From an uncultured Phycisphaerales bacterium (GTDB taxonomy: Bacteria; Planctomycetota; Phycisphaerae; Sedimentisphaerales; Anaerobacaceae), in assembly GCA_963772725.1 (NCBI GenBank), contig CAVYYI010000001.1, forward strand, positions 736,001 to 800,000: a stretch of 64,000 bases of DNA, written 5' to 3'. Positions within the stretch are counted from its first letter, which is position 1, and every line of letters begins with the position of its first letter. Under the pieces are notes generated by a model. It was not told the DNA's origin and did no database searches. It saw nothing but the letters and a program-made list of their open reading frames with translations. The translations under genes and the position numbers were made by a program. This document shows, in pieces, positions 31,954 through 45,720 of the stretch.

Positions 31954-34010
31954 ATGTCTAATAAAGGCCAAATAAAATCAAAAAAGCAAATTAAGGCCAT
32001 GCCTATATCGACCATTGACCTTGACCTGACAAATAATTGCGTCCTTGCGTGCGATTACTGTTTCAGGGGCAAGAAAAATCCCCGCAGATTAAGTTTGGAG
32101 ACAGGCAAGGCGGCATCGACTGGTTCATAAAGGAATCTGGTAACAATAAGAAATTAAGTGTCGCCCTTTTCGGCGGTGAGCCTTTGATGGAGTTTAAGCT
32201 GATAAAAGAGCTTGTACCTTATGGTCAGGCTCAGGCCGCAAAGGTCGGGAAATCTATGCATTTTTCCGCGACAACCAACTGCGTTTTGATTGACGATGAA
32301 AAAATAGACTTTTTTCGCAAACACAAGATGACGTTTCATACGTCAATAGACGGCGGGCCGCAGTCTCAGGATATGCACAGGAAATTTCCGAACGGTTCGG
32401 GCAGTTCTGCCATAGTGGAAGCTAATGTAAAAAAAGTTCTAAAATACTGGCCGGACCGCACCGCAAGAATGAGCGTAAGCAACGATACGGTCGAGCGCTG
32501 GCTCGAAGATGTTCTCTATCTTGTCGGGCTTGGCTATAAGAATCTTGCTATGATTCCCATCCCTGAACAGGATTGGACGCAGGAACAGTTCGACATAATG
32601 AAAAGTGAACTGCGCAAAATCTCTGATTATTACATAGAAAGATACAGACAGGGAAAGCCAATATATATCAAACATCTCGACGGCAGCATCAAAGGAATAA
32701 TAAAACCTCAAAGGCGCAAGGCCCACTGCGGCTCGGGCAGAGGATATGTTCTTGTCAAGACAGACGGCTCTGTATATCCATGTCATAGATTTGGCGGGGA
32801 TATAGATGCCGAAAACCAGCAGCAATGGAAATTAGGCACAATTTTCGATGGCTGGCAGGGAGATAAAAGAGCGGAATTATTAAATTTTGACTGTCGAAAA
32901 GATGTTAAGGCCGATTGCGCAAACTGTATAGCTGTACATACCTGCGGGACGACTTGTATCGCGGTAAGCTGGTCTTGCTTTAAGGATATTCATCAGCCGC
33001 ACCCGAATCAATGCCGTTTTACAAAGATGTACTTTACCGAAGCCATGCGGGTTCATTATATTCTCGACAGCGAGGAGAATCGCCCGTTTATAAAGAAGTT
33101 CCATCCGGAGCGGCTTAAGAAAACAAATCAGAAAAAACCCTCAGGCCAGATAAAAAAAGCTGGCAGCACCGATGGGACAATACCTGATGTTGCTCTGGTT
33201 ATGCTGAGCAGCAGGGTATTATCGCCGTGCTTTATGTTCAACGGCGATGGCCATAAAGATGATATTAAATTATCTGTTGATAAGCTTAAATCTGCATTAA
33301 AATGGGCGACGCAATCTTCTGTGCCGAACCTGTTTTTTATTGCGGATGAAACGGAAAAGCTTGAACCTTCGGTTTCAGCCTTTTTAAAGAGTATTCCTGA
33401 ACAGATTATAGTTCCGCTGGTATCATTGCAGAGGCAGGAAGAATTGCAAATTCCGTTTTCTGAGAAGCAGACTGTGGTTGTTTGTAATCTTAATCGGCTT
33501 ATTACTGAAAGCGGCAGTATTCGCAAGAGGTCTGTGATTGTCCATGTAAACAATGATGAAATTGCTCAATTAGCCGATACGCTCCTTTCGATAAAAGATA
33601 TGATTCCGCAGATTACGCTACGCTTGCGGGATGCTCATAAGTTGGATAGTAAGCAGATAGAAACTTATAAAAAACAACTGAGCATAATCAGAGATGTTTT
33701 GTCTCTTCGCGGGGAATTAAATTTAGCGGATATAAACAAAATTCATGTAAATGGGGGAAATGGACAGAATCATTGTCCTGCGGGCGGGAAATCCGTAACA
33801 GTTGGCCCCGACGGAGAGTTCTATGCTTGTCCGGCTTTCTTTTATGCCGGTATGAAGAATTTTTCAAAAAGAGAAAAAGCGGAATGTACAATTTGCGGTT
33901 CGAAGGTATGCCCAAGCTGTGAATTCCTCGCATCGTCAGATTTTCAGGACAGGCAGCAGTTATGCAATTTATATCAGGCTGAAATGGTTATTGATAGGCA
34001 CATTGGCTGA
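31954..34010 (+). CDS. Radical SAM/SPASM peptide maturase fused to a second CXXX-repeat-maturase-like domain; single-base frameshift near 32115
   Basis: ATG 31954 gives DLTNNCVLACDYCF (CxxxCxxC at 32038-32061). Next frame has FGGEPL, TTN, SIDG and SPASM CGSG...DGSVYPCHRF...CANC...CGTTC. A second module CPAG...VGPDGEFYACPAF...CTIC...CPSC follows. Confidence 0.88.
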
Positions 34011-34058
34011 AGGGTGCCCCTGCCAAATTACATCTGTATTTTTAAACAACAAATCCGG

Positions 34059-34081
34059 TAAGCTCTTTGACAATTTCATAG
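34059..34081 (+). repeat. 23-bp direct repeat, copy 2
   Basis: taagctctttgacaatttcatag. Confidence 0.75.
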
Positions 34082-34359
34082 AGTTTGAGGCAATTTTAGA
34101 TTTTAGGATTGCCAGAGGTTTTATGTTATAAGACTTTTTGCAGTGTTAATCAGTGTCGAAAAGAATAGAATACAGCAGACAGAATAAGAAATTAAACTTC
34201 GCGTTTTTCATGGTGAAAAATTAAATCCGCGATAACTCGTGCTGCGTAGCGAACTACTTCGCAGTGTAGCACCAGTGTTTAACCATTTTATATCTGCCTA
34301 CGGCAGACTTTCGCTTCGCTGCAGTTTTGGAGTGCCGATTTTTATTTCTGCAGGTTCTG

Positions 34360-34758
34360 TTACTTTACAAGCCGGATGGATAATGGATACCGATAGTCCT
34401 CGCCGTTATTGGCCTTAATCGAGGCTATTATCAGGAAAACGAGGTCAAAAATGCCTACCACAGGCATTAAGAAAACTCCAATACCACATACAGCTATCAG
34501 CGGTATGCAGGCAAGAAAATAAATGGTAACAGATATCTGGAAATTTAACGCCTCTTTGCCCTGACCATCGACAAATGGGAATTCTGCCTTCTTCATCTGC
34601 CATAAAATCAGCGGAGCGATTATATTTCCAAAAGGTATAAAACCGCATAACCCCGCGAGATGACAAAACATCGCCCATGTTCTTGCGTCTTTACTTATTC
34701 CGCTGACGGTTGGCTGTCCTGTGCCTTGCGGCTGGTTCTGATTGATGTTCTCGTCCAT
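34360..34758 (-). CDS. DUF4870 membrane protein
   Basis: WAMFCHL, IIAPLILW, GKEALNFQIS and YRYPLSIRL motifs. Confidence 0.9.
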   Translation of the reverse strand: MDENINQNQPQGTGQPTVSGISKDARTWAMFCHLAGLCGFIPFGNIIAPLILWQMKKAEFPFVDGQGKEALNFQISVTIYFLACIPLIAVCGIGVFLMPVVGIFDLVFLIIASIKANNGEDYRYPLSIRLVK

Positions 34759-34907
34759 AATTTAACTCCCTTCAAATTTAAATTATATTTTGAACCGATA
34801 AACTTATTCTTTTTTATAATAACCGGCTGACATTGGCAAGAAGAAAATTCAAACGGCTAAAATAAAATTCGCTTTAAAAGACAGAATCAATAAGCATGGT
34901 GACGAGG

Positions 34908-37458
34908 TTATTTTGCGGCGATGCCTTTGAAACCGCGAGAAATCAGGGCGGCAATATCGAGTAAGACGCTGGGCAAAATAAGTCCGCCCGGACAAACAAT
35001 GTATTTTGATTCCCAAACCGGATTAAATTTTTCTTTATATTGCCGCAGGCCCTGGAAATTATAAAAATGCTCACCGTGCCTGAAAATCAAAGTGCCGAGC
35101 TTGTACCAAAGCGGCGCAAGGCTTCGCTCCTCAAAGCCGGACAGCGGCGCCATTCCCAGATTAAACCACTGATAACCCTGCTGTTTACCCCAGAGCATAA
35201 GTTCAGCGAAGAGAAAATCCATTACTCCTGCCGGACAATCCGGCAGATATCGCATCAGGTCAATGGATAATTCCTCTTTTCCCGCACCTGCCCAGATGTT
35301 TGCGAAAGCGATAATTTCTCCTTTGCTGCGAATGGCTGCACAGGGAAAATGCCTGAGATAATCGGCATCGAAAAAACCCAGCGAAAAACTCTTTTCACGT
35401 ACATTTTTACCCGTGAGCCACTGGTCGGAGATATATTTCAGCCGCTCGAAATGCGATGGAACTTCGCTTTGAGGAATTATTTCGAGTGTGATTTCTTCTT
35501 TTTCAAATCTATTGCGGACGTTCCGGAAATCCTTTTTATCGGCACCCTCGAGAGAAAAATTCTGGAGCGGGACACGGGCTTCTTCTCCGAGTTTTAAAAA
35601 TGTCAGCCCGAGGTCGAGATAAAAATCGATATGCTTGTTTTCTATGCCGTAGAAGACGCTCCAGCCGCCGTACCTGTCTGCCGTTTCACGAAACTGCCAG
35701 ATAAGCTCATCCCATTCTTCTTCCGGCCCGACCGGGTCAGCCAGAGCGACCCAACTGCGTTTTTCGATTCCGTACATAAGGAAGGCGTTTTGTTTTTCGC
35801 TGAAAAGAAAGGCCTTGTCGCCGAGCAGGGCGAGATTGGCATAAGTTTTTCTCGAATTTTTAATTATTGGTTCAGCCTTTTCCATATCAGTAATACTGCC
35901 GGCCTCTGATTTCGGTGAAACAGGATAAAAGAGTTTGAGCATGCCGAAAAGCAGCAGAACAACTATCGCCGCGGTCGTTGCCCGCAGAAAGCGAGGAGCG
36001 TCTCGTGTAATGGCAAACTGCCACCACATTTCATTTGAGTAAACCAAATGCCGGTGCGAAAGCATTCCAAGCCAGATACAGCAAAGAATTACAATCGCTA
36101 TTAAAACGGTCCAAGTCGCAGAGAACCTGTCATTTATCAGGGACGATTTACGATAGAAATCGTTTCGACACGGCAGCAGCGCCGCGAGCATAATGGTCAA
36201 AACCAGCGCATCTCCATAATTCAGACCCCTCAAAACTGAAAATACAATACCCGCGCCGAGAAGAATTACGGAAAAGTGGTATGCGTGCGTCGAGTCTTCG
36301 CTGCAACCCTCTGGCCAATATCAATAGTGCCGCTCCGACGACGCTGCCCATAAAGTGTGATATTTCTATTACTGGAAGCGGGAGAAGGTTGTAAAGCCAT
36401 GCCAAACGGTTCCTCTCACCGGGAATTGCGCCTGAAAAAAGGAGAATCACACCGCCGACAAAGGTGCTGAACGCGAGAATATTTGGCGTGACAGCCGACG
36501 ACCACTGGCCGAGAATTGTGCCGACCTGTTTTATGATATGGCGATTTTTCAGCAGTTCGTGTGTACCTAACAGCACTGACGCGATTCCAAGCGGGAGCAG
36601 ATAATAGATTATGCGATAAAGAATAAGCGAACTGATGACCTGCGACGGTTCGCAGTAATCCGAGAGAAGCAGAAGGATTATTGTCTCGAAGACTCCCAGT
36701 CCGCCGGGTACGTGACTGAGCAGTCCCGCGACTTGCGCGAACATAAAAAGGCCAAGAAAGTCAGTATAATTTAAACCTGCACGGTTGGGAAGCAGCGCAT
36801 AAAGCACACCTCCGGCCAAAATCCAGTCCAGAGAGGATATTACGACCTGGACAAGGATAATGCGCAAATTGGGAAAGTCGAGTTCCCAGCCGCGTATTTT
36901 TACAGGCAATTTTACGAAGGTTCCATATATAATGTATGTTATGACGATGCCAAGAAAGACAAAACCGATGAGATGGATTGAATTAAATAGGATATGCAGG
37001 GAGTCCGGAATCTGCGGAGGCTTGAAAGCGAAAATAGCCCCGCCTATTATAAAAAGTCCGAGCCAGAAAGTTAAGCCGCAAAAGATTACGAGCTTCGCGA
37101 CTTCCTGTGCCGAGAGTCCCAGGGCTGAGTAAATACGATAGCGTGCCGCACTTCCGCCGAATATAGTAACATTGTGTGCGAATGTATAACCTACAAAAGA
37201 CGCCATCATTGTCTGGCGGTATTTGAGGGGATGCCTGATGTAACGCAAAGCGAGAAAATCATAGAAAGTCAGCATCAGATAGCTTGAAAGTGTTAATACA
37301 CAGCTAAGAATCACAAAGCCTATCGGTATTTCTCTTAGCCAGCGGGTAATTTCATGATAATGATATTTTCTGAGAGTATGGTGAATAATCATCAGCGCCG
37401 CCGCGAATAGCAGAACGCCGATAACCGAACTGATGCTATGCAGCAGTTTCTTATTCAT
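34908..37458 (-). CDS. mprF: Bifunctional lysylphosphatidylglycerol flippase/synthetase, frameshift near 36280
   Basis: Multi-TM flippase (SHVPGGLGVFE) plus synthase (EKSFSLGFF, SIDLMRY, LGMAPLSG, YNFQGLRQYKEKF). Confidence 0.93.
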
Positions 37459-37643
37459 ATTCCGTCATCGCCTTACAAAGTTTCAAAAAATATCCGTTTC
37501 AATTATACTCATACTAAGATTATTAATCAAAACAGAATATTGCCAATGTCATATTTTGGATACCACTCATTAACATTCGCGGGAATGACAATTTATTCAA
37601 TAGTGCAGTATGTATACAGGAATCAATAAGCGGGGGGGGTGAT

Positions 37644-39459
37644 TTAATATCTTTTTTTATCTTTGGATTGTGGCGCTGCAAGGCGGGAGATTTTTGGGAG
37701 TAAATCTTCGCGATTGCGGCGGGAGAGGTATTCTGCGATTATTCCTGTGTTTCGGGGGTCATAATACTGGAGGAGTGCGGCCTGGAGTTGTTTTTCGGTT
37801 CGGCCTCGCGGGATGTGGATGCCTTTACCTCTGGAGTTTTGGCCGGTGAAGAACATCGCGGCGGACATTGATAATGGGATGGGGACGAAATCCTGTACCT
37901 GTCTGGGCCGCCAAGAGCGGGAGATAAGGTATTCCGTAAGTTTGAGGGCATCTTCGGGGGTACAGCCGGGATGGGCGGTTATAAAATACGGGATTAGGTA
38001 TTGTTCTTTTCCGGCGCGGCGGGAGGCGTCGTTAAAACATGCTTCGAATTTTTCAAAAACCTCGAAGGGAGGTTTTCCCATAAATTCGAGGACTTTGGGG
38101 CAGTAATGTTCAGGTGCGACTTTGAGGTGTCCTCCGACAAAGTGTTTGGCTAATAAATCTATGTACTCTTTGCTTTGCAGGGCTAAGTCGTGACGAACAC
38201 CTGAGGCGACATAGACATTTACTTTTTTGGATGAGGTTTTCCAGCGGATAAGTGCGTCCATCATTTTTATCAGTGATTCGGCGGAGCAATTTAGATTCTG
38301 GCATATCGATGGGAACAGGCAGCTTGTGCGGCGCATGGTTCTTTTGCGGAACATTTCATGCCGTACATATTGGCTGAAGGGCCGCCGATATCGTGGATGG
38401 TGCCGCGAAACTGCTTATGGTTTTTAATTGTTTCGGCTTCAGCGAGGATGGAGTCGATGGAACGAGAAGAGATAAATTTTCCCTGGTGGAAATAGATGGA
38501 GCAGAAAGAGCAGCCGCCGAAACAGCCTCGGTGCGCGGTAATGGAAAAACGGACTGGTTCGAGAGCTGGGATACCGCCGGCGAGGTCGTAACGCGGATGC
38601 CAGTTACGTGTGAAGGGTAAGTCGTAGAGTTTGTCTATTTCTTCTGTGGTCAGAGGTCTTGCGGGGGGCATTATAACTACTGTGCCGCCGGGCTGGTCTT
38701 GAATTACGGGCAGACCGGTGGGATTTGCCTGCTGTTGATATAAGTTCTGTGCGGTCATGAAGGCGGATTTGTTGCCCTGTTGCTCTTCCAAAGACGGCAG
38801 ACGGATTGCGTTCGGGGGTGCGGGGGTATTTTTCATAACCCGCCATGCGGTGCCGGGTATATCGGTTAATTTGTCGATGGTTTGGCCTGCATTTAATCGC
38901 TTGGCGATTTCCTCAACGGCCAGTTCCGCCATTCCAAAAACGAGGAGGTCGGCTTTGGCGTCGATTAAGGCGGACTGCTTGATTTTGTCTTCGATGTAGT
39001 CGTAATGGACGAGTCGGCGAAGGCTGGCTTCGAGTCCGCCGAGAATGATGGGGATACCTTTATAGGCCTGGCGAACCATAGCGGAATAAACGAGCAGCGG
39101 TCTGGAGGGCGCAATCCGAGGGCGGCACCGGGGCTGTAAACGTCTTCTTTTCGGCGATGGCCCATTGAGGCGTAATCGTTGAGTCTTGAGTCAACGGCGC
39201 CGCTTGTAATGCCCCAGAAGAGCTTTGGCGGGCCGAGGACCCGAAAGGCATCGACGCTTCGCCAGTCGGGCTGGGCGAGGATTGCGACGCGGTAGCCGAG
39301 TTTTTCGAGGCGTCTGCCGATTAGGGCAATACCAAACGAGGGATGGTCAACGTAGGCGTCGCCTGTAACGAGGATGATGTCAGCCTGCGTCCAGCCTCGG
39401 CTTTGCAAATCCTGCGCGGTCATGGGCAGGAACAAATTTGTATTAGTTTTAATAACCAT
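37644..39459 (-). CDS. YgiQ-family (UPF0313) radical SAM protein, frameshifted
   Basis: [40 protein letters not shown] and YFITAHPG motifs. Confidence 0.9.
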
Positions 39460-39601
39460 TAAACTATTGTACCATATTTGGGCGAATTATGTTTGAATGA
39501 TTTATGAAAAGCATTATGAAAAGCAACAGTTATTGACATCCGGGAGCCGCGGATTTATCATAAGCGTTTTGAGTAAAAATTAAATTTTGAGGAATACTGT
39601 A

Positions 39602-42489
<2,888 letters not shown>

Positions 42490-42491
42490 AG

Positions 42492-42995
42492 ATGACAGCA
42501 AATCCTAAGCACAAATTCCGAAACAAATTCAAAAAAAAATATAAAGTAGATGATATTAAAATGATAACTAAAGAGGAAAAACAGATTCAAAGCATGAGAA
42601 ATCGACGACGGCTGCCCGGCATTGCAGCTTCGTTATTTCTTCTCATCATGATGTCAGCCGTTCTTGCCTTTACAATTCATCTGAGCAATAAGGTTGATGC
42701 TCTTGTCACACCAGAACGGATTAGTACAATGGCATCATTTGAAAACCCAAAGAATGAGTTGCCTGAGCTTTTCAGCCGTTTCCACACTTTGGCAGGTATA
42801 AGCGCCAAATTGATGTTTTACACGCACTTTTTTGCCTGTTTAATCGGTTTCCTTTTGGGATTATTAATTATCCAAATCAGTGATATAAAAAACCCGAGAC
42901 TCTTACTTTCGATGTGGGATCGGATTAAGGAACTCGAGAAACAAGTCCAAACACTTAAAAATGGACAACAATCGAATTTAGATGACAGTTTATGA
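42492..42995 (+). CDS. Hypothetical two-TM membrane protein; start uncertain
   Basis: Two hydrophobic segments and a C-terminal coiled coil. Confidence 0.6.
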   Translation: MTANPKHKFRNKFKKKYKVDDIKMITKEEKQIQSMRNRRRLPGIAASLFLLIMMSAVLAFTIHLSNKVDALVTPERISTMASFENPKNELPELFSRFHTLAGISAKLMFYTHFFACLIGFLLGLLIIQISDIKNPRLLLSMWDRIKELEKQVQTLKNGQQSNLDDSL

Positions 42996-43085
42996 TTTCG
43001 ATTTTTCAATCCAAAATCTAAAGTCCAAAATTTCTTACCTCTGCGTTCTTGGCGAACTCGGCGGTGAAAATCGGTTTAAGGGTGG

Positions 43086-43376
43086 TTATTCTATTTCGTG
43101 GGTGACGGTTTGGAGGATTTTCTTTTCGCGGTTTAGGAGGAGGTTGCCGAGGGTTTTCAGGCTGAGATTGTAGAAGAAGGCGATTGTTGCCAATACCGCG
43201 AAAGTTGTTATCGTCAATAGATATGGCCGCAGAATCGACCCGCGTCTGCTTGTGCTTAGCAGCAGAATTATCTCCGCTGTGGTACTGCTGCCCATATTGT
43301 GGATTGTTGAACGCCGCTTGTCTTCATCTATGATATTTTGGCTGATGGTTATAATCACCTCCGTATTGACCTCCAA
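43086..43376 (-). CDS. Small hypothetical membrane protein, possibly a remnant of a gene cut by IS630
   Basis: One TM segment; lies directly downstream of the IS630 end. Confidence 0.35.
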   Translation of the reverse strand: MEVNTEVIITISQNIIDEDKRRSTIHNMGSSTTAEIILLLSTSRRGSILRPYLLTITTFAVLATIAFFYNLSLKTLGNLLLNREKKILQTVTHEIE

Positions 43377-43474
43377 TATCGAGCATTCTTTTCACCGAAT
43401 CAATCAGAAGGGGACGCCTCAGCGTCGTAATGCCCATCCATGCCTCCGTCTATGAATCGCTCAAAACTGATGTA

Positions 43475-44597
43475 TACTGCTTACGATTGAATTTTCCCGT
43501 TTTTATGCAGCTTGAATGTGAAAGTTTTCTGTCAGTAATGCTCTCAGTTCCGGCAAATATTTCTTTCTCTTCCGGAAAAAGCTCTCACATGCTCGCTTGA
43601 ATTCACCAAACGTTTCATAGTAGCGATTGTTCAGCACTTTTTTCTTAAAAAACTTCCAGTACCGTTCAATCAGATTCAGATTCGGCGAGTATGACGGCAA
43701 AAAGATCAATTTGATTTTCGTGCCCTCGGTATACTCTTTTAACAAACGTGAACGATAATATCGAGCATTGTCAACAATGATGTAAATCCTTTTGGCCTCC
43801 GGATGTTTTGCTTCGATCTTAGAGAACAAATCAATGGTCGAATTCGCATTGATCGTGTCATAAAACCCTGTCGTTGGCTCCAGTGTTTCGATGTTAATCG
43901 CACCATTGATATTCAATCGCTGGCGGCCACAGTTGGCTTTGAGTTCTTTTTCCCTTCCCGTCTTAATCCAGCCGTAAGAAGGAATGCTGTTGTGCTGCGG
44001 GTGGGTGGCATCGGCGAAATAAATTGGGTCGTTTTGACTTTTGCTTGCCTTGATCTGTTCATATTCCTCGAGAAATGCCTGTTGCTTGATGGGGTCTTGT
44101 TTACCGGGAACATGTGTCGGCTTCTTGTAGGAAAATCCAAGACGATGCAGCAAATCGGTGACTCCGCTGACGGAGTAATGGACCACATACTGCTTGTCAA
44201 TGTGAGCGATAACCGATTTGGCATCGGGGAAAATATGATCTTCGAGATATGCCTCAAGTTCGCTCATTTGATGTTCATCGAGTTTCGGTTCTGCGCCGGG
44301 ATAGTTGTCATCCAGCAATGCCTGGAAACCGTCTTGCCGATACCGCTCGAAATAGCCCCGTGATGTCTTCTCATCGAAAAGAAGTATCTCGGCCACCTGA
44401 GCCGCCGACCATCCCTTTGCTAAAGCAATGACCGCTTTGACCCGGTCGGCCTGACGCTTATCACGCAACGAACGATGCAATGCCTCCAGTTCAGCTATTT
44501 TTTCTTTTGACAACTTATAATCCTTCATATACGCTGTTTATCGGACAGAAGGTGCTTTTTGATTGAAAAATACGGAATTTTTCAATCAAGAGTAGTA
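43475..44597 (-). mobile_element. IS630-family element
   Basis: Imperfect inverted repeats tactgcttacgattgaa / tactactcttgattgaa (reverse complement); TA duplication at 43473-43474 and 44598-44599. Confidence 0.88.
43503..44528 (-). CDS. IS630-family transposase
   Basis: HTH, LGFSYKKP, YFAD, VDNARYY and LPSYSPNLNLIERYW motifs. Confidence 0.95.
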   Translation of the reverse strand: MKDYKLSKEKIAELEALHRSLRDKRQADRVKAVIALAKGWSAAQVAEILLFDEKTSRGYFERYRQDGFQALLDDNYPGAEPKLDEHQMSELEAYLEDHIFPDAKSVIAHIDKQYVVHYSVSGVTDLLHRLGFSYKKPTHVPGKQDPIKQQAFLEEYEQIKASKSQNDPIYFADATHPQHNSIPSYGWIKTGREKELKANCGRQRLNINGAINIETLEPTTGFYDTINANSTIDLFSKIEAKHPEAKRIYIIVDNARYYRSRLLKEYTEGTKIKLIFLPSYSPNLNLIERYWKFFKKKVLNNRYYETFGEFKRACESFFRKRKKYLPELRALLTENFHIQAA

Positions 44598-44602
44598 TAG
44601 TA

Positions 44603-45720
44603 TTACTTATCCCGTGATAAACCTAAAATCCGTTCCGCGATTTTGGTAGCAGCCGTTTTGTTGGCGACATCCTTGCAGCCCTGTTTCATTTCAAGTCTTT
44701 TAGCATCGTCTTTAAGCAGCACTTCAAGTTCTTCCCAAAGCCATTCGCGGCGGTCTGTCGCGTCCGGCACATCGTCAACAATTATCGCCGCACCCGCCTC
44801 GACAAGCTTGCCCGCGTTAAGATACTGATGCCTGTCCTTATGATACGGATACGGCATACATATACTCGGCACTTCCGCCGCTGCGTATTCCGCCACGCTT
44901 ACCGCACCGCTCCTGCCGATAGCCAGTTCCGCAGCGCTAAGCAAATCAGGCATATCGTCATAGTAATCCAAAACCGTATGACGAATCTTAGCACCCGCGT
45001 ATCCGCTCTTAACTCCCTCGAAATTAGCCCTGCCCGTAAGATGAACAATCTGCCAGCTATCCGCGAAAGCATCAAGATTCCCCAGCAGCGAGCAAATCGC
45101 ATCATTGATATTCTGTGCCTCCGCTCGATGCACCTGTTATAAGCAGAATCTTTTTCTGCCTGTTCGAGCCCCAAATTCTCTATCGCCCGCGCAGCATTGA
45201 GATTTTCAAAGTTATTCCTCAAGGGACACCCAACGACTTTGACCTTATTTTTGTTTCTGCCGAACGATTCTCTCGTATCCTCGAACTGTACAAAAATCTC
45301 ATCCGCAAATCTCGCCAGCACTTTATTAGCTTTGCCCGGCACGATATCAACGTTGATAAGCTTAACAGATATTTTCCGCCTGTAAGCTGTCCAGCAAGCC
45401 GGCGCAGCGACAAATCCGCCTACCCCGATAACCATCGGATTCTCACATCGGCTTAAAGTTTCCTTAACCATCCAGCAGCTTTGAAAAAACGCTTTACAAA
45501 AATCAATAATCCCCGCCGGACGCAGTGAAAATCCTTTCGCCTGAAGCTCCGTATAACCGAACGGCGTTTTACTAAGTATCTGCGAATCAATCTTTCGGCT
45601 GCTGCAAAAAAACCGCACCTTCGCGCCAGCGTCTAATTTTACTATCTGTTCAGCCACAGCGATTGCCGGGTATAAATGTCCGCCCGTCCCGCCTCCCGCG
45701 AAAAAAATCTCTTTACTCAT
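44603..45720 (-). CDS. murG: UDP-GlcNAc:lipid I N-acetylglucosaminyltransferase, frameshift near 45130
   Basis: GGGTGGHLYP, GGFV, GCPLR, RSGA and HQYLNA motifs. Confidence 0.93.

Noticed and set aside
32037..32115. ORF-track N-terminus MRPCVRLL of the maturase
   Set aside because: Wrong frame. The CxxxCxxC-containing start at 31954 is the coherent one.
34200..34330. Structured ncRNA after the maturase
   Set aside because: Only small REP-like hairpins (e.g. tctgcc-tac-ggcaga) are present, which is not enough to support a call.
22623..34350. Classical integrative element at tRNA-Gly
   Set aside because: No integrase and no duplicated tRNA 3' end (attR) were found by eye. The island status rests on gene content only.
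37644..39459. YgiQ-like radical SAM as part of the CXXX system
   Set aside because: It is on the opposite strand, separated by mprF and DUF4870, lacks a SPASM domain, and belongs to a widespread family.
39460..39601. T-box leader for ileS
   Set aside because: The region is too short and has no T-box consensus or terminator.
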